From Dudresnaya verticillata (lineage: Eukaryota), in NCBI GenBank assembly GCA_977862235.1, contig OZ374564.1, forward strand, positions 1,860,001-1,924,000: a stretch of 64,000 nucleotides of DNA. The letters run 5' to 3'. The notes under the pieces were generated by a model, which was given only the letters and a program-made list of their open reading frames with translations, searched no databases and was not told the origin of the DNA. This document shows, piece by piece, positions 22,158-32,943 of this stretch. Made by a program: the position numbers and the translations under genes. Each line of letters opens with the position of its first letter. Position 1 is the stretch's first letter.

Positions 22158-24208
22158 TGCGACTTTGTGGCCGGCGGGTTGCTCGCGCGACGTATGTTCG
22201 GATTCCTGTTCTCCTTCTTTGATGAAGAGAACACCGAAGTGAACGCAGGCCCAGAGCCGCCTGTCACAACTGCTGCGCAAATGGCTGGGCAACCTTCTTC
22301 AGTTGGAAGGGAAGCGCAGGTGGGTGTGAGTGCTCTTGATATCTGGAACGGTTCAAAGCCAAGTGATGATTTTCCGGTACTCGCCGCACGGCCCCGCCTT
22401 TCCCATGTTGGCAAGAGACTGTCTTCGAAGTCTTCCTTGCCGCGAAAATCGCTGTTGTTGCAAACCCCTGAGCCCGAGGTGTATCCCCACTGTCCATCAG
22501 CATGAAAGGCAGTCGCTACCCACCGACAGGCCACTTTAAGTACATGCTTATTCGTAATAACCCCCACTTTCCCATGCACGAGAAATGACTGGCAAGTCTG
22601 GGGTTTAGAGGCAGTGAACCTGGATGAATTGCCATGCCGATAAAATGCCATCGCCAGCCCCGGTATAGGCTCGTCGGAGGGAGATTGTTGAGTTACACGA
22701 CTACACCCTGGGGTAATCACAACTTGCTCAAGTTTTTTGGGTTCGCGTTCAACGGCATTCTGAGCATTCGGAAGCTGTTGACATGGAAGCGATATGTGGA
22801 TCTTCCAGGGAAGCCCGTCCAGGATCGACAGAACATCATAGCGGTTGAGCCTGACTAATACCGATTACCCCATCGATCAGGCTTAGCACGGAGAGCCGCA
22901 CTGCATAATTGTCGAGAATGAACGCTTTCTAGGGCTGCAAGAAGAACCATAGCACTGCAGAACAGATACGTGGACGAACATCTGCGACGAGAAACAGAGA
23001 AACAACATGAACGCTGCCCTGAGCGAACCGGAATGTAGTAGGATGCAAAGTTGCCTGCTGCCTGTGTGATGCGTTGCCTTGGATTGAAAATTGTAGGGCG
23101 GATGGAAGGCATGCGCGAGTCCATGGTGACTGCCGCGCCGGTAGAGTTGAGATAAGAGCCAGATCCAACGGCCCGGATAGTAGCCGTGAAGTACGCTCGA
23201 ATCTGTTGCAAGTAAATCCAGGTAGTTCCATATCGGCCCAAGTGTGAGTCCGATGCTCGCTACTTCTACCTCGAACATCCCGTGTCGCAGACTGTATGTT
23301 GCTCTCGGTAAGGGTGCTTATTCGGGCGAACAACAACTTTCGCGTAGCCAAGTCAAATGTCGCAACAGCGGAACCATCGCCGGTGGTCTGCAGTTCTGAA
23401 CGCGCGTTGCAATAAATAAAAAAAAACATGAATTCTCTCTGTCAATCAATGAACGTGTAGCGTTATGACTGGGTGATGTCTCTCGCATCCTTATCCAGAT
23501 CCATAGGGGGAAGAATCCAGTAAATCTGGTTTCTTCAGTCCAGTGCTGCGGGCTCGACAAAACTTCCTACCCAGAGATCTTTACGCATGCTCAACTCGCA
23601 CCTGCGGAAGCTAAGAACCTTTACCTTTTTCTCGGTTGCAAGCCTCAATTTCGACAGCAGGCCCTACAACAGAAGTTTATTGCATCCCTTCATCCATAGC
23701 CCGCCGCCACAACTCCATCCATGACTTTCTCGCCCAATAGCTCCACCCCCTATCCCTGTCTCCGGTTCTCATCGATTATTCCTCCCGCTCCGAAACCTAC
23801 CTCCCCCCTAATGTGCGGCGTCAGATAGACATTGTGGTCAATTCTCTTGAATACAGTCCCAAACCGTAGGCCTATGACGTGACAATAGCTGCTCCTTTTT
23901 TTTGTCCCCCGATACTGCCCCGCCGTCTCCAGAACTGCCAGTGCTGCTGCACGGCTCGCCGAACAACCCATTTTGGGTCATTGCCAGGATCTTCTCACGG
24001 CGGAAGACATGGAGCTTACTCCTATTGGAATTGATTTATACGGCGCACTCGGACCCGGCGCCCGTGAAGCTGTTCACAGAATTGGTAACTGTGATGTTGT
24101 ATTTATTTGTTGTTTAAGGTGATCCAGCGCGGACAACTTGGGCCCCTGTGCTGCAGCCACAAAAGGCACCAACCCTGCCGATGAATCGCTTCTCCTTACT
24201 CTCCACCT
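21536..24208 (+). repeat. Segmental duplication, copy 1 (~2.67 kb)
   Basis: Near-identical to 27600-30271 at an offset of 6064/6063; duplicated ORF-track translations are nearly all identical. Confidence 0.95.
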
Positions 24209-26355
24209 CGCCACCTGCCTCCTCCGCTACCAAGCCCTCGCCGTGAACCGGCGTCGTATCTACCTTCATGATCATAGACACGAATGTGCCTTGTAGGGCG
24301 CCCCGTTACCATCTTATAGAGTTCCCCATCTCTCTTCATCTTTCTCCTCCCGTTTCATGGTGCCCGCCCAACGAAAGGATTCAAGTCCTGCTAATAGCAG
24401 GTCACTTAGTCTCTCTTGTTCTTTAATAAAGGTCTCTCTCTAGTAGCAGGCTGTTACTCGCAAAATGCACGTCGCTGCGAAGTATGGCTCAAAGGCCAAT
24501 TTTGCCTCTACTTTTGCTGCTGAATGGCGTTCTTCCGTTGAGGGGTGCTACAGTTCCGTCCTGCGCCGGTGTACCATTCCCACCGCAACGGTGGCACCGA
24601 TACACTGCTGTCCTTCTGCCCCCGAACTACAAGGACCGCCTCCTCGCCATCCGATGACTCTTTACACATCCCGCACACCCCATTACACACAGAGGCGCAC
24701 GGTCCTCCGTACCCTCGCAAATCTCTATACGCGATTTCCACTGCCGAACCCACCACTGCGGACTTTCCCCAAGGATTCCAAACCATCTCCGCTATTCGCA
24801 ACCTCTACGCCGGTGACTTCCCTCCCTCAATGCCCATTCCCTCCTCTCCACCCACGGTTGGCTCCTTCTAGCCCCGACCCCTTTCCCTTCCCTTTCTTGG
24901 GATTCTGTGCTGACCAGCACGCTTGTGTGATTGTAAATGGACCTATGCTGCTCACGTAAGCTCACCTTAAACATTGAGTAAAGTTACCATCACTACTGTA
25001 CCACTAACTTACGGCATTTGGCCCCTATGAATAGTAAGCGATCCAGGTACTTGAAGAGCAGATGTAATGAACTCTTAGGTTTAGCAAGCCAGCAACAAGA
25101 TAATAACGCTTCATCATTCAGAAAGAGCACTGTGCACAAGAGGCGCAGGGCAAGCATAAACGAAAATCTCGAACGTACGGCCAGTGCACTGCAAGTTTCT
25201 ACCCTGCACAATATACACGGTAGATAACCATACATTGACATCAGCTGAAGAGAGAATGAGAATGAGAGAATGGCGAAGGGAGTATTTTCGCCGGTCTTTC
25301 TCGTGAGCAGCACGTGAAAATCGGAGCTGGTTTAGGAGAATACGGATATGATGCATACCGTTCCGGTTTCACGAAAGCTTTCGTACAGTTTGGAAGAAGC
25401 ACCAATTCAGACATCTGCTCCTTTTACGATGATCTCACCTTCTTCGGGTTTCTCTACTCAAATATTTTGCGTTGAAATGTGGTGAAACTGTGGTGTTTGA
25501 CCTACCACATGTTGCTGAGACTATCGAGACTTAGGCTACGGTTGATCCATGTCCAATGTTTGGACGACGAAGAAATGGCACAGTCCTCTTGCATCCGTTC
25601 TGAACTCCAATTAGCTCTGCGACAGGATCAAGTGGTCGTTAGACAAGCAACAACCCATTACCTCCCGCACGTCCTACAGGCGGATTTCCGTCATATTAAG
25701 CTGGTCCACGTGTCCAGCAAGATCTGGTGGACACGTGTGCAAGGTTTCAGGGGGATCAAGCAAGAGGATCAAGCAGCCAGAACGTCCGTGAGCCGTTTCC
25801 ACAAAAAATAATTCTATTTGGGCAGAAACGAGTCCGTAGAGATCTCGGAGTTCGAAACACTACAACACACGCGAGCAAATGGGCTTTATTATTCAAGCTT
25901 TAGCACTAAAAGCCTGGACCGTGTGTTTGGCGGTAAAACATGGTTTGCTATTGCGTTCAACAGACATTCTCGGGACTACTTCAGCGCATCGTCGAGAACC
26001 CGTGGTCATTTTTGGGGTTCTCTCGCAGGTACCCCTGCTTCGCCGACAAGTCCCGGTCGGTGTGTGCTGCAGCAACACCCATTCGACTTTCTTTGTTGCA
26101 GGGTGCTCAGATTGCACACAACCCTTTCTCCACACTCACTCACTGGTTCTCAGAACCACTGGGCTTTCAGGTAAGCGAGACATTTTTCTGCGCTCAACAG
26201 TTTTTTGACAATCACTTTCCCAAGCCTTGCTCTAACTGTACCTTCTTGTCACTTTCCTCCGCGCCATCTCAAGCTTGCGACTCAAGATTTCAAGCACAGC
26301 GCAGTGCTTTCGGGCCTAATTGAGCTTACTCATCGTTCAATCGATTCCAAAAGAC

Positions 26356-27279
26356 ATGCCTCTCAGCTACTTTGAGAGGCACTACTGGGTGGAGCGACAG
26401 ATCGCCGAGAGCAACTACTCAAGGGTATATACTTGTATGAAGAGATCTACTGGAGAGACCTACGTAGTCAAGGTTGAGAACGACAACTGCCTTCTACCGC
26501 AGCTTAGTCATGAGAATAACGTTTACAATCGCATCCACGTAGTGCGTCGCGTTCCAGGTATCATATCCCCACTGTATTACGGCAGGCACAGGAGCAAGAG
26601 GGTGCTCGTTATGCCGTATCTTGGACCATCCGTTGCAGCTAAGAGGAGAGCGCTTGGTGGAAGCCTATCCGAGAGCACTGTCTGCTTGATCGGGTTGCAA
26701 ATGCTGTTTATTTTGGAAGACCTCCATGAGCGCACGATTATTCATACTGACCTGAAACCACAGAACATCCTTACGAGCCGTGACGGGAGAAATCTTCATT
26801 TAATTGACTTCGGTCTTGCACAGAAGTTCAAAGATCCTGAGGGTCATTATCCGTTCCGCAGCGGCCGTTCCTTCTTTGGCAACGTCAAGTTCGCCTCAGC
26901 GAACAAGCATGTCGGATATTCACTGTCACGCAGGGACGATATAGAGTCTTTGGGCTACTGTTTACTGTCCCTTCGAAACGGGGGTTTGCCGTGGGATACT
27001 TTCTGCCATCGGATCTCCCTGCGTCTTCGTAGAAGCGCTGGGGCAATGAAGTGCAGTCTGTCGGAGCGTGAGTTGTGTCTGGGAATGCCGAGTATGATGC
27101 CGTACTTTCAGATACAGAGACGCTTGGGATTTGAGGAGAAGCCGGACTACGGCGCGCTACGTTCAGTCTTAATCAGGAGATTAAGTCACATGGGGTACAG
27201 GGACCCTAGGGATATTCCTTTTGATTGGCAAGTTCCGAGAGGGTCGGACCGACTGAGAAGGTCTAACACGAGGCACTAA
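26356..27279 (+). CDS. Divergent casein kinase 1-like kinase, 307 aa
   Basis: VVKVE, HTDLKPQN, LIDFG, GNVKFASAN, SRRDDIESLGY; the Gly-rich loop is replaced by IAESNYS; ATG 26356. Confidence 0.88.
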   Translation: MPLSYFERHYWVERQIAESNYSRVYTCMKRSTGETYVVKVENDNCLLPQLSHENNVYNRIHVVRRVPGIISPLYYGRHRSKRVLVMPYLGPSVAAKRRALGGSLSESTVCLIGLQMLFILEDLHERTIIHTDLKPQNILTSRDGRNLHLIDFGLAQKFKDPEGHYPFRSGRSFFGNVKFASANKHVGYSLSRRDDIESLGYCLLSLRNGGLPWDTFCHRISLRLRRSAGAMKCSLSERELCLGMPSMMPYFQIQRRLGFEEKPDYGALRSVLIRRLSHMGYRDPRDIPFDWQVPRGSDRLRRSNTRH

Positions 27280-27588
27280 TCACAACAAATCCACAGGGAA
27301 AGGCTTAGTAACATGTTCTCCTAGCTAGCTATCCCGAAGGGGTACACAATGATTTCCTCTTCCTTCTCGGTATGTCCTTTTCGACCCGGAAGCCCACTTA
27401 TGTCTACTTTCAAGCAAATGTCCAAGTCACATGCTTTGTTATTTTCGCGGACTCAGAACACAGAGCAGTTTCCGGCTTCGTTTCTGGGCATCCTCACCAT
27501 GTGCAAGTGTGATGATAAAGTTTACTGAACACGGTTTAGAATGCACTTGTCTCGGTTTCAACGGCCTATTGGCAAACACTTTATGTAT

Positions 27589-28221
27589 CTAGAAGTGATG
27601 CAAAGATAGGAGCGTGTACCCGAGAGATTCCAGGTCGTCGCGCCTTGAAAGTCTCAGTCCTCGGTGAGCATTGGCGGAGGCATAGTTGATTGTCCCATAG
27701 AAGCACCCGTCTTCGCGGAACGGATAATGTCCCCTATTGTTCCTGAACTTTTCCGCGAATCCGAAGTCTATCAGAGAGAGTTGGGAACCATCACCCCTAC
27801 TCGTCAAGATGTTCTGAGGCTTGATATCCCTGTGAATGAATTTGCGAGAATGCAACGCTTCAACAATGTTCAGGAGCTGCACTCCCATTTTGCACAGGGT
27901 CGCTTGAGACAACGTCCCTGCACATTCTCTCCTTCGGTCGGCTAAGGAAGGTCCAAGAAGAGGCATGACCAACAAACTTGTCTCTCGGTCGCGCCCGAAA
28001 TACGTCGGCTTCGGAATGCCAATAACTTCCGTTCTCCTGTGTATGTGGTTGTAAACCTTGTTCTCGTGCTTGAGTCGCTGTGGATGCGCGTGGAGAGGTT
28101 CGGTCTTCACGGCGTAGGCCACTCCCGAGTCTCGTCGAATCACCATGTAAACATCCCCGTAATTACCCGAACCAATCCTCTGACCAAGGTAGTAGTTCCT
28201 TTCGAAGTAGCTGCGAGTCAT
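27589..28221 (-). pseudogene. 3'-truncated duplicate of the CK1 gene at 21198-22157
   Basis: Same protein up to LESLGYTLLSL, then HHF* at the duplication breakpoint; lacks the last ~110 aa of the C-lobe. Confidence 0.88.
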
Positions 28222-30270
28222 TGCGACTTTGTGGCCGGCGGGTTGCTCGCGCGACGTATGTTCGGATTCCTGTTCTCCTTCTTTGATGAAGAGAACACCG
28301 AAGTGAACGCAGGCCCAGAGCCGCCTGTCACAACTGCTGCGCAAATGGCTGGGCAACCTTCTTCAGTTGGAAGGGAAGCGCAGGTGGGTGTGAGTGCTCT
28401 TGATATCTGGAACGGTTCAAAGCCAAGTGATGATTTTCCGGTACTCGCCGCACGGCCCCGCCTTTCCCATGTTGGCAAGAGACTGTCTTCGAAGTCTTCC
28501 TTGCCGCGAAAATCGCTGTTGTTGCAAACCCCTGAGCCCGAGGTGTATCCCCACTGTCCATCAGCATGAAAGGCAGTCGCTACCCACCGACAGGCCACTT
28601 TAAGTACATGCTTATTCGTAATAACCCCCACTTTCCCATGCACGAGAAATGACTGGCAAGTCTGGGGTTTAGAGGCAGTGAACCTGGATGAATTGCCATG
28701 CCGATAAAATGCCATCGCCAGCCCCGGTATAGGCTCGTCGGAGGGAGATTGTTGAGTTACACGACTACACCCTGGGGTAATCACAACTTGCTCAAGTTTT
28801 TTGGGTTCGCGTTCAACGGCATTCTGAGCATTCGGAAGCTGTTGACATGGAAGCGATATGTGGATCTTCCAGGGAAGCCCGTCCAGGATCGACAGAACAT
28901 CATAGCGGTTGAGCCTGACTAATACCGATTACCCCATCGATCAGGCTTAGCACGGAGAGCCGCACTGCATAATTGTCGAGAATGAACGCTTTCTAGGGCT
29001 GCAAGAAGAACCATAGCACTGCAGAACAGATACGTGGACGAACATCTGCGACGAGAAACAGAGAAACAACATGAACGCTGCCCTGAGCGAACCGGAATGT
29101 AGTAGGATGCAAAGTTGCCTGCTGCCTGTGTGATGCGTTGCCTTGGATTGAAAATTGTAGGGCGGATGGAAGGCATGCGCGAGTCCATGGTGACTGCCGC
29201 GCCGGTAGAGTTGAGATAAGAGCCAGATCCAACGGCCCGGATAGTAGCCGTGAAGTACGCTCGAATCTGTTGCAAGTAAATCCAGGTAGTTCCATATCGG
29301 CCCAAGTGTGAGTCCGATGCTCGCTACTTCTACCTCGAACATCCCGTGTCGCAGACTGTATGTTGCTCTCGGTAAGGGTGCTTATTCGGGCGAACAACAA
29401 CTTTCGCGTAGCCAAGTCAAATGTCGCAACAGCGGAACCATCGCCGGTGGTCTGCAGTTCTGAACGCGCGTTGCAATAAATAAAAAAAACATGAATTCTC
29501 TCTGTCAATCAATGAACGTGTAGCGTTATGACTGGGTGATGTCTCTCGCATCCTTATCCAGATCCATAGGGGGAAGAATCCAGTAAATCTGGTTTCTTCA
29601 GTCCAGTGCTGCGGGCTCGACAAAACTTCCTACCCAGAGATCTTTACGCATGCTCAACTCGCACCTGCGGAAGCTAAGAACCTTTACCTTTTTCTCGGTT
29701 GCAAGCCTCAATTTCGACAGCAGGCCCTACAACAGAAGTTTATTGCATCCCTTCATCCATAGCCCGCCGCCACAACTCCATCCATGACTTTCTCGCCCAA
29801 TAGCTCCACCCCCTATCCCTGTCTCCGGTTCTCATCGATTATTCCTCCCGCTCCGAAACCTACCTCCCCCCTAATGTGCGGCGTCAGATAGACATTGTGG
29901 TCAATTCTCTTGAATACAGTCCCAAACCGTAGGCCTATGACGTGACAATAGCTGCTCCTTTTTTTTGTCCCCCGATACTGCCCCGCCGTCTCCAGAACTG
30001 CCAGTGCTGCTGCACGGCTCGCCGAACAACCCATTTTGGGTCATTGCCAGGATCTTCTCACGGCGGAAGACATGGAGCTTACTCCTATTGGAATTGATTT
30101 ATACGGCGCACTCGGACCCGGCGCCTGTGAAGCTGTTCACAGAATTGGTAACTGTGATGTTGTATTTATTTGTTGTTTAAGGTGATCCAGCGCGGGCAAC
30201 TTGGGCCCCTGTGCTGCAGCCACAAAAGGCAACAACCCTGCCGATGAATCGCTTCTCCTTACTCTCCACC
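27600..30270 (+). repeat. Segmental duplication, copy 2
   Basis: Matches 21536-24208 and ends exactly where TGTAACGCCC begins. Confidence 0.95.
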
Positions 30271-30848
30271 TGTAACGCCCTGCGCTATAAGCGCATCCTT
30301 CCGCTTTGCGAGCGAAGGAGAGAGCGTACTAGAACCTATCTGGTCTAGTCGTCTGTGAGCCGTTGGAGTAGCGCAGCACAGGGTGAAAGGTCGCAGGTTC
30401 GAGTCTCCGAGCGGGAGGCTGAAGCTCTTTTTCCAGACGCGACGCTGCGACTCCGAAACTTTAATGTCATGTGTACTTTCTTTGGATTATCTAGCGATTA
30501 TCACTTTTCAACTCTGCTCTCTGGCACCCGAAAGCGAGGTTATATCCCCCAATTTCATGAAGAACTCTCCGCGAAGGTTCACTGTCGTTTTGTGGATAAT
30601 TGTTGGCCCCCCGTCCGTTCGACGGACATAGAGGATCGTGTCAAAAGGGCCCGGCTTCTCTCCTGGGGTAGTTTGGAATCTCGAATGGCCTTTACCGCAT
30701 TCCCCGATCCACGCCGAGTGACCTCTGTGTCACCTGCTATATATAGCGTATATGGTCTACCATGATAGACTTGCGTTTGGGCGCACCTGTACTTGCGCCA
30801 GATCTCCCTTGTTCTGCTTGTCTCTCCGTTTCTGGTCGCGTGGTTTCC
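30271..30848. mobile_element. Probable LTR (family C) of an element whose other end lies outside the window
   Basis: Begins TGTAAC exactly at the duplication breakpoint; contains GCTATATATAGC; no partner LTR visible. Confidence 0.5.
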
Positions 30849-31340
30849 TGTGGTGTAGTGAAAGGCAAACCTGTAAGGAGAGCTGATCAGGAAATCCCAA
30901 TAAGGAGTGATCTCACACGGCACCGGGGTGGTAGAGCTTAGTTCGTAGACCGAAGGGAGTACCTCGAGCGGCAACACCTGTAAGGAGTAAAGGGACCCAA
31001 CAGACAAGGGATACGGTAAAGTTCCAGTGCAGCTACACCGGGACGGAGGTAAGAGGAATCCGTGCACGGGGCTGGCGAGGGGAAACCGTAAAGGGGTATG
31101 AGGGTAAGACTTAGGGTAAGTCACTTTTCCCAGGGTTGCGTACCCGTTTACTGTAGGACGCACGGTGGGCAGCCATTAATATACTGCGAGATACGCCCCG
31201 CGGTCGGGTCCTTGTGGGCCAGACCCCAATTGGTCTGGTCCAGCAGGTGGGTCCGGCCCTACTGGTCCCAGTCACCGTTGCGGACATGCTCGGCATTCGC
31301 ATTGGCCGGCTGACAATACGTACTGTACAACATCATTACA
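30849..31340 (-). mobile_element. LTR related to the element-D LTR, inverted
   Basis: Reverse complement ends TTTCACTACACCACA, as does the D LTR at 54734; 31199-31312 aligns inverted with 54281-54392. No TSD found; right boundary uncertain. Confidence 0.7.
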
Positions 31341-31359
31341 AATACCTAATTACAAATAA

Positions 31360-31599
31360 ATCAACTACTTGGCTCCTATTGGTTGTGCGCGGAGACTCCA
31401 GCAAGGGGCACAGTGCTACTGTGTCGCTGCAATCCCGCTTCGGTTTTTGGCACCAGCTCACCGGTGCGCCGGTCGCGAGTCGGCTCAACCGTCGTCGGCA
31501 CTCCACAACGGCCGCTTCACCACATTTCCCTTGACCGTTTGGGTACCATGCTTCGACATGGTCCTGTGCCCATGGGCCCAGTGGACCGGTCCACTCGTC
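31360..31599 (+). mobile_element. 5' part of a truncated, decayed non-LTR retrotransposon (RLE/CRE-like)
   Basis: STTWLL...SLQSRFG...DR.GYHAST..C fragments join across the TCGTC TSD to RRHNAISDLL at 52712, giving the pre-endonuclease zinc-knuckle region. Confidence 0.6.
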
Positions 31600-31762
31600 T
31601 GTAAGGAAGTACCTTTTAGGTCTCTTGTGAACTCAAAGAGTGCACTCAATGAGAAAGCCACAGAGCGGGTACCTGGTAGCGGTGGTAGAGCGGGAGGAAC
31701 CCAGAGGGTAGGCGAGGGCACGTAACCTGATTGGAAGCACGATACTGAAGGTAGTTCACTGG
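31600..31762 (-). repeat. Element B 3' LTR, left fragment
   Basis: TGTAAGGAAG... matches 52188 onward; interrupted at ACTGG by element A. Confidence 0.92.
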
Positions 31763-32453
31763 TGTGGTACAATGAGCCGCCAGCGGCTGTAAGCACGTAC
31801 ACGTGTTTTGCGCCTGTAATGCGCGGGCAATATTGCGCGTGGCATGCGCCTGTAAGGCGCCGCCCGTACTGCCGCCCTGTAAGGCCCAGTGCATTGCTGG
31901 TCACTCCATATGGCATTGCTGGGAACAGCACGGCGCCAATGAGATGGCTAGCTGTGATTGGCTGATTTACCATGGCCTTACGCGCAGGAGCCCGCCCGAG
32001 TCATAAGCACCTTACGTGCGCAGGGCGGAGTACGACCGCTCACTACCTCATTGTAATTATTAACGCTAACTTCAATAGCTTAGAATAGGAATAGCGGCGA
32101 AGGCGCTTTCGGCCTTCGCCATATTTATTGCGCCCCTGACTAGCAGGGGTCTGCTGAATAGAACCCAACGGTGGGTTTCGGGTCTGTACCCTTTCTTTGG
32201 TCTACACGGGCTCACCGTACTCCCCCTTCCAGGTGCTTTACAAGCTTTAGCCTCGTACGGCTTTGTACTCTACGAGTGCTAGGGTGGCGCCGCCCCTTTT
32301 TCCCTTTCTTTCAGGCCCGCTGGCCTTTTCCCCTTTTCCCTCAAAGTCTCTACCAACTCCCCATTGAGCTACCCTCGTTAGGGTGTGTGCGCGCACGGGA
32401 CAGCTGTCCTTGCCGTTTAGCGGGCTACTGGCTCGTCGCGCCATACTACTACA
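31763..32453 (+). repeat. Element A 5' LTR (691 bp)
   Basis: TGTGGTACAATG...TACTACA, repeated at 42752-43441. Confidence 0.97.
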
Positions 32454-32454
32454 G

Positions 32455-32472
32455 TGGTCTCCCGACCTAGAA
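32455..32472 (+). promoter_or_regulatory. Primer-binding site of element A
   Basis: TGGTCTCCCGACCTAGAA, 1 nt after the LTR; the same 18-mer occurs in B and D. Confidence 0.9.
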
Positions 32473-32943
32473 TCGGTTCTGGGTCGGTTCCCTTTATTAC
32501 CTCAACGTCAGTCCATCGCTTTGGAATTTTCAAGGATCGAGTTTTCTCCCTGCAAGATCTCAAGGTTTGACTACCTGACGTTGAAACCCTAGTCGTCCGG
32601 GTGACGACGGTCCCTAAGCTTCATCTCAAGCGCTGGAGTAACGTCAAATGTAGTGCAAGCACCCCTACCGCCGTGGCGGTTTTATTTAGTTCAACGAGCA
32701 CATCCTAGTCGCGGATTGCCGCCCCTTCCAGGAGAACCTCAACAGGTTATCGTAATACCTGTACAAAAAAATACGTCCTTGTACGGGCTGTGTGGGCGCG
32801 CATTGCGGAAAGACCGCGTGGACAGAATCGCCCGTAACCCCGAGAACGACGGTTCTGAAGAAGATTGCCCACTTGGAAAGACTTCCCGTCAGGCAACCAC
32901 AGGACCGATATACTTCGTTTAGGTTGAGAAGACCAACCTGAAC

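Noticed and set aside
22300..25810. Fragmentary ORFs upstream of the CK1 genes, possibly transposase or gene remnants
   Set aside because: No catalytic or family motif could be identified.
30330..30420. tRNA gene
   Set aside because: Only box-like motifs are present; the acceptor and T stems do not pair. Kept only as a low-score finding.
30849..31340. Calling the D-related LTR a clean solo LTR
   Set aside because: No matching 5-bp TSD at either candidate boundary, and no adjacent PBS or PPT.
32150..32190. Possible hammerhead ribozyme (retrozyme-like) in LTR A: CTGCTGA followed by a stem-loop
   Set aside because: The core reads CUGCUGA rather than CUGANGA, and the required GAAA after stem II is missing.
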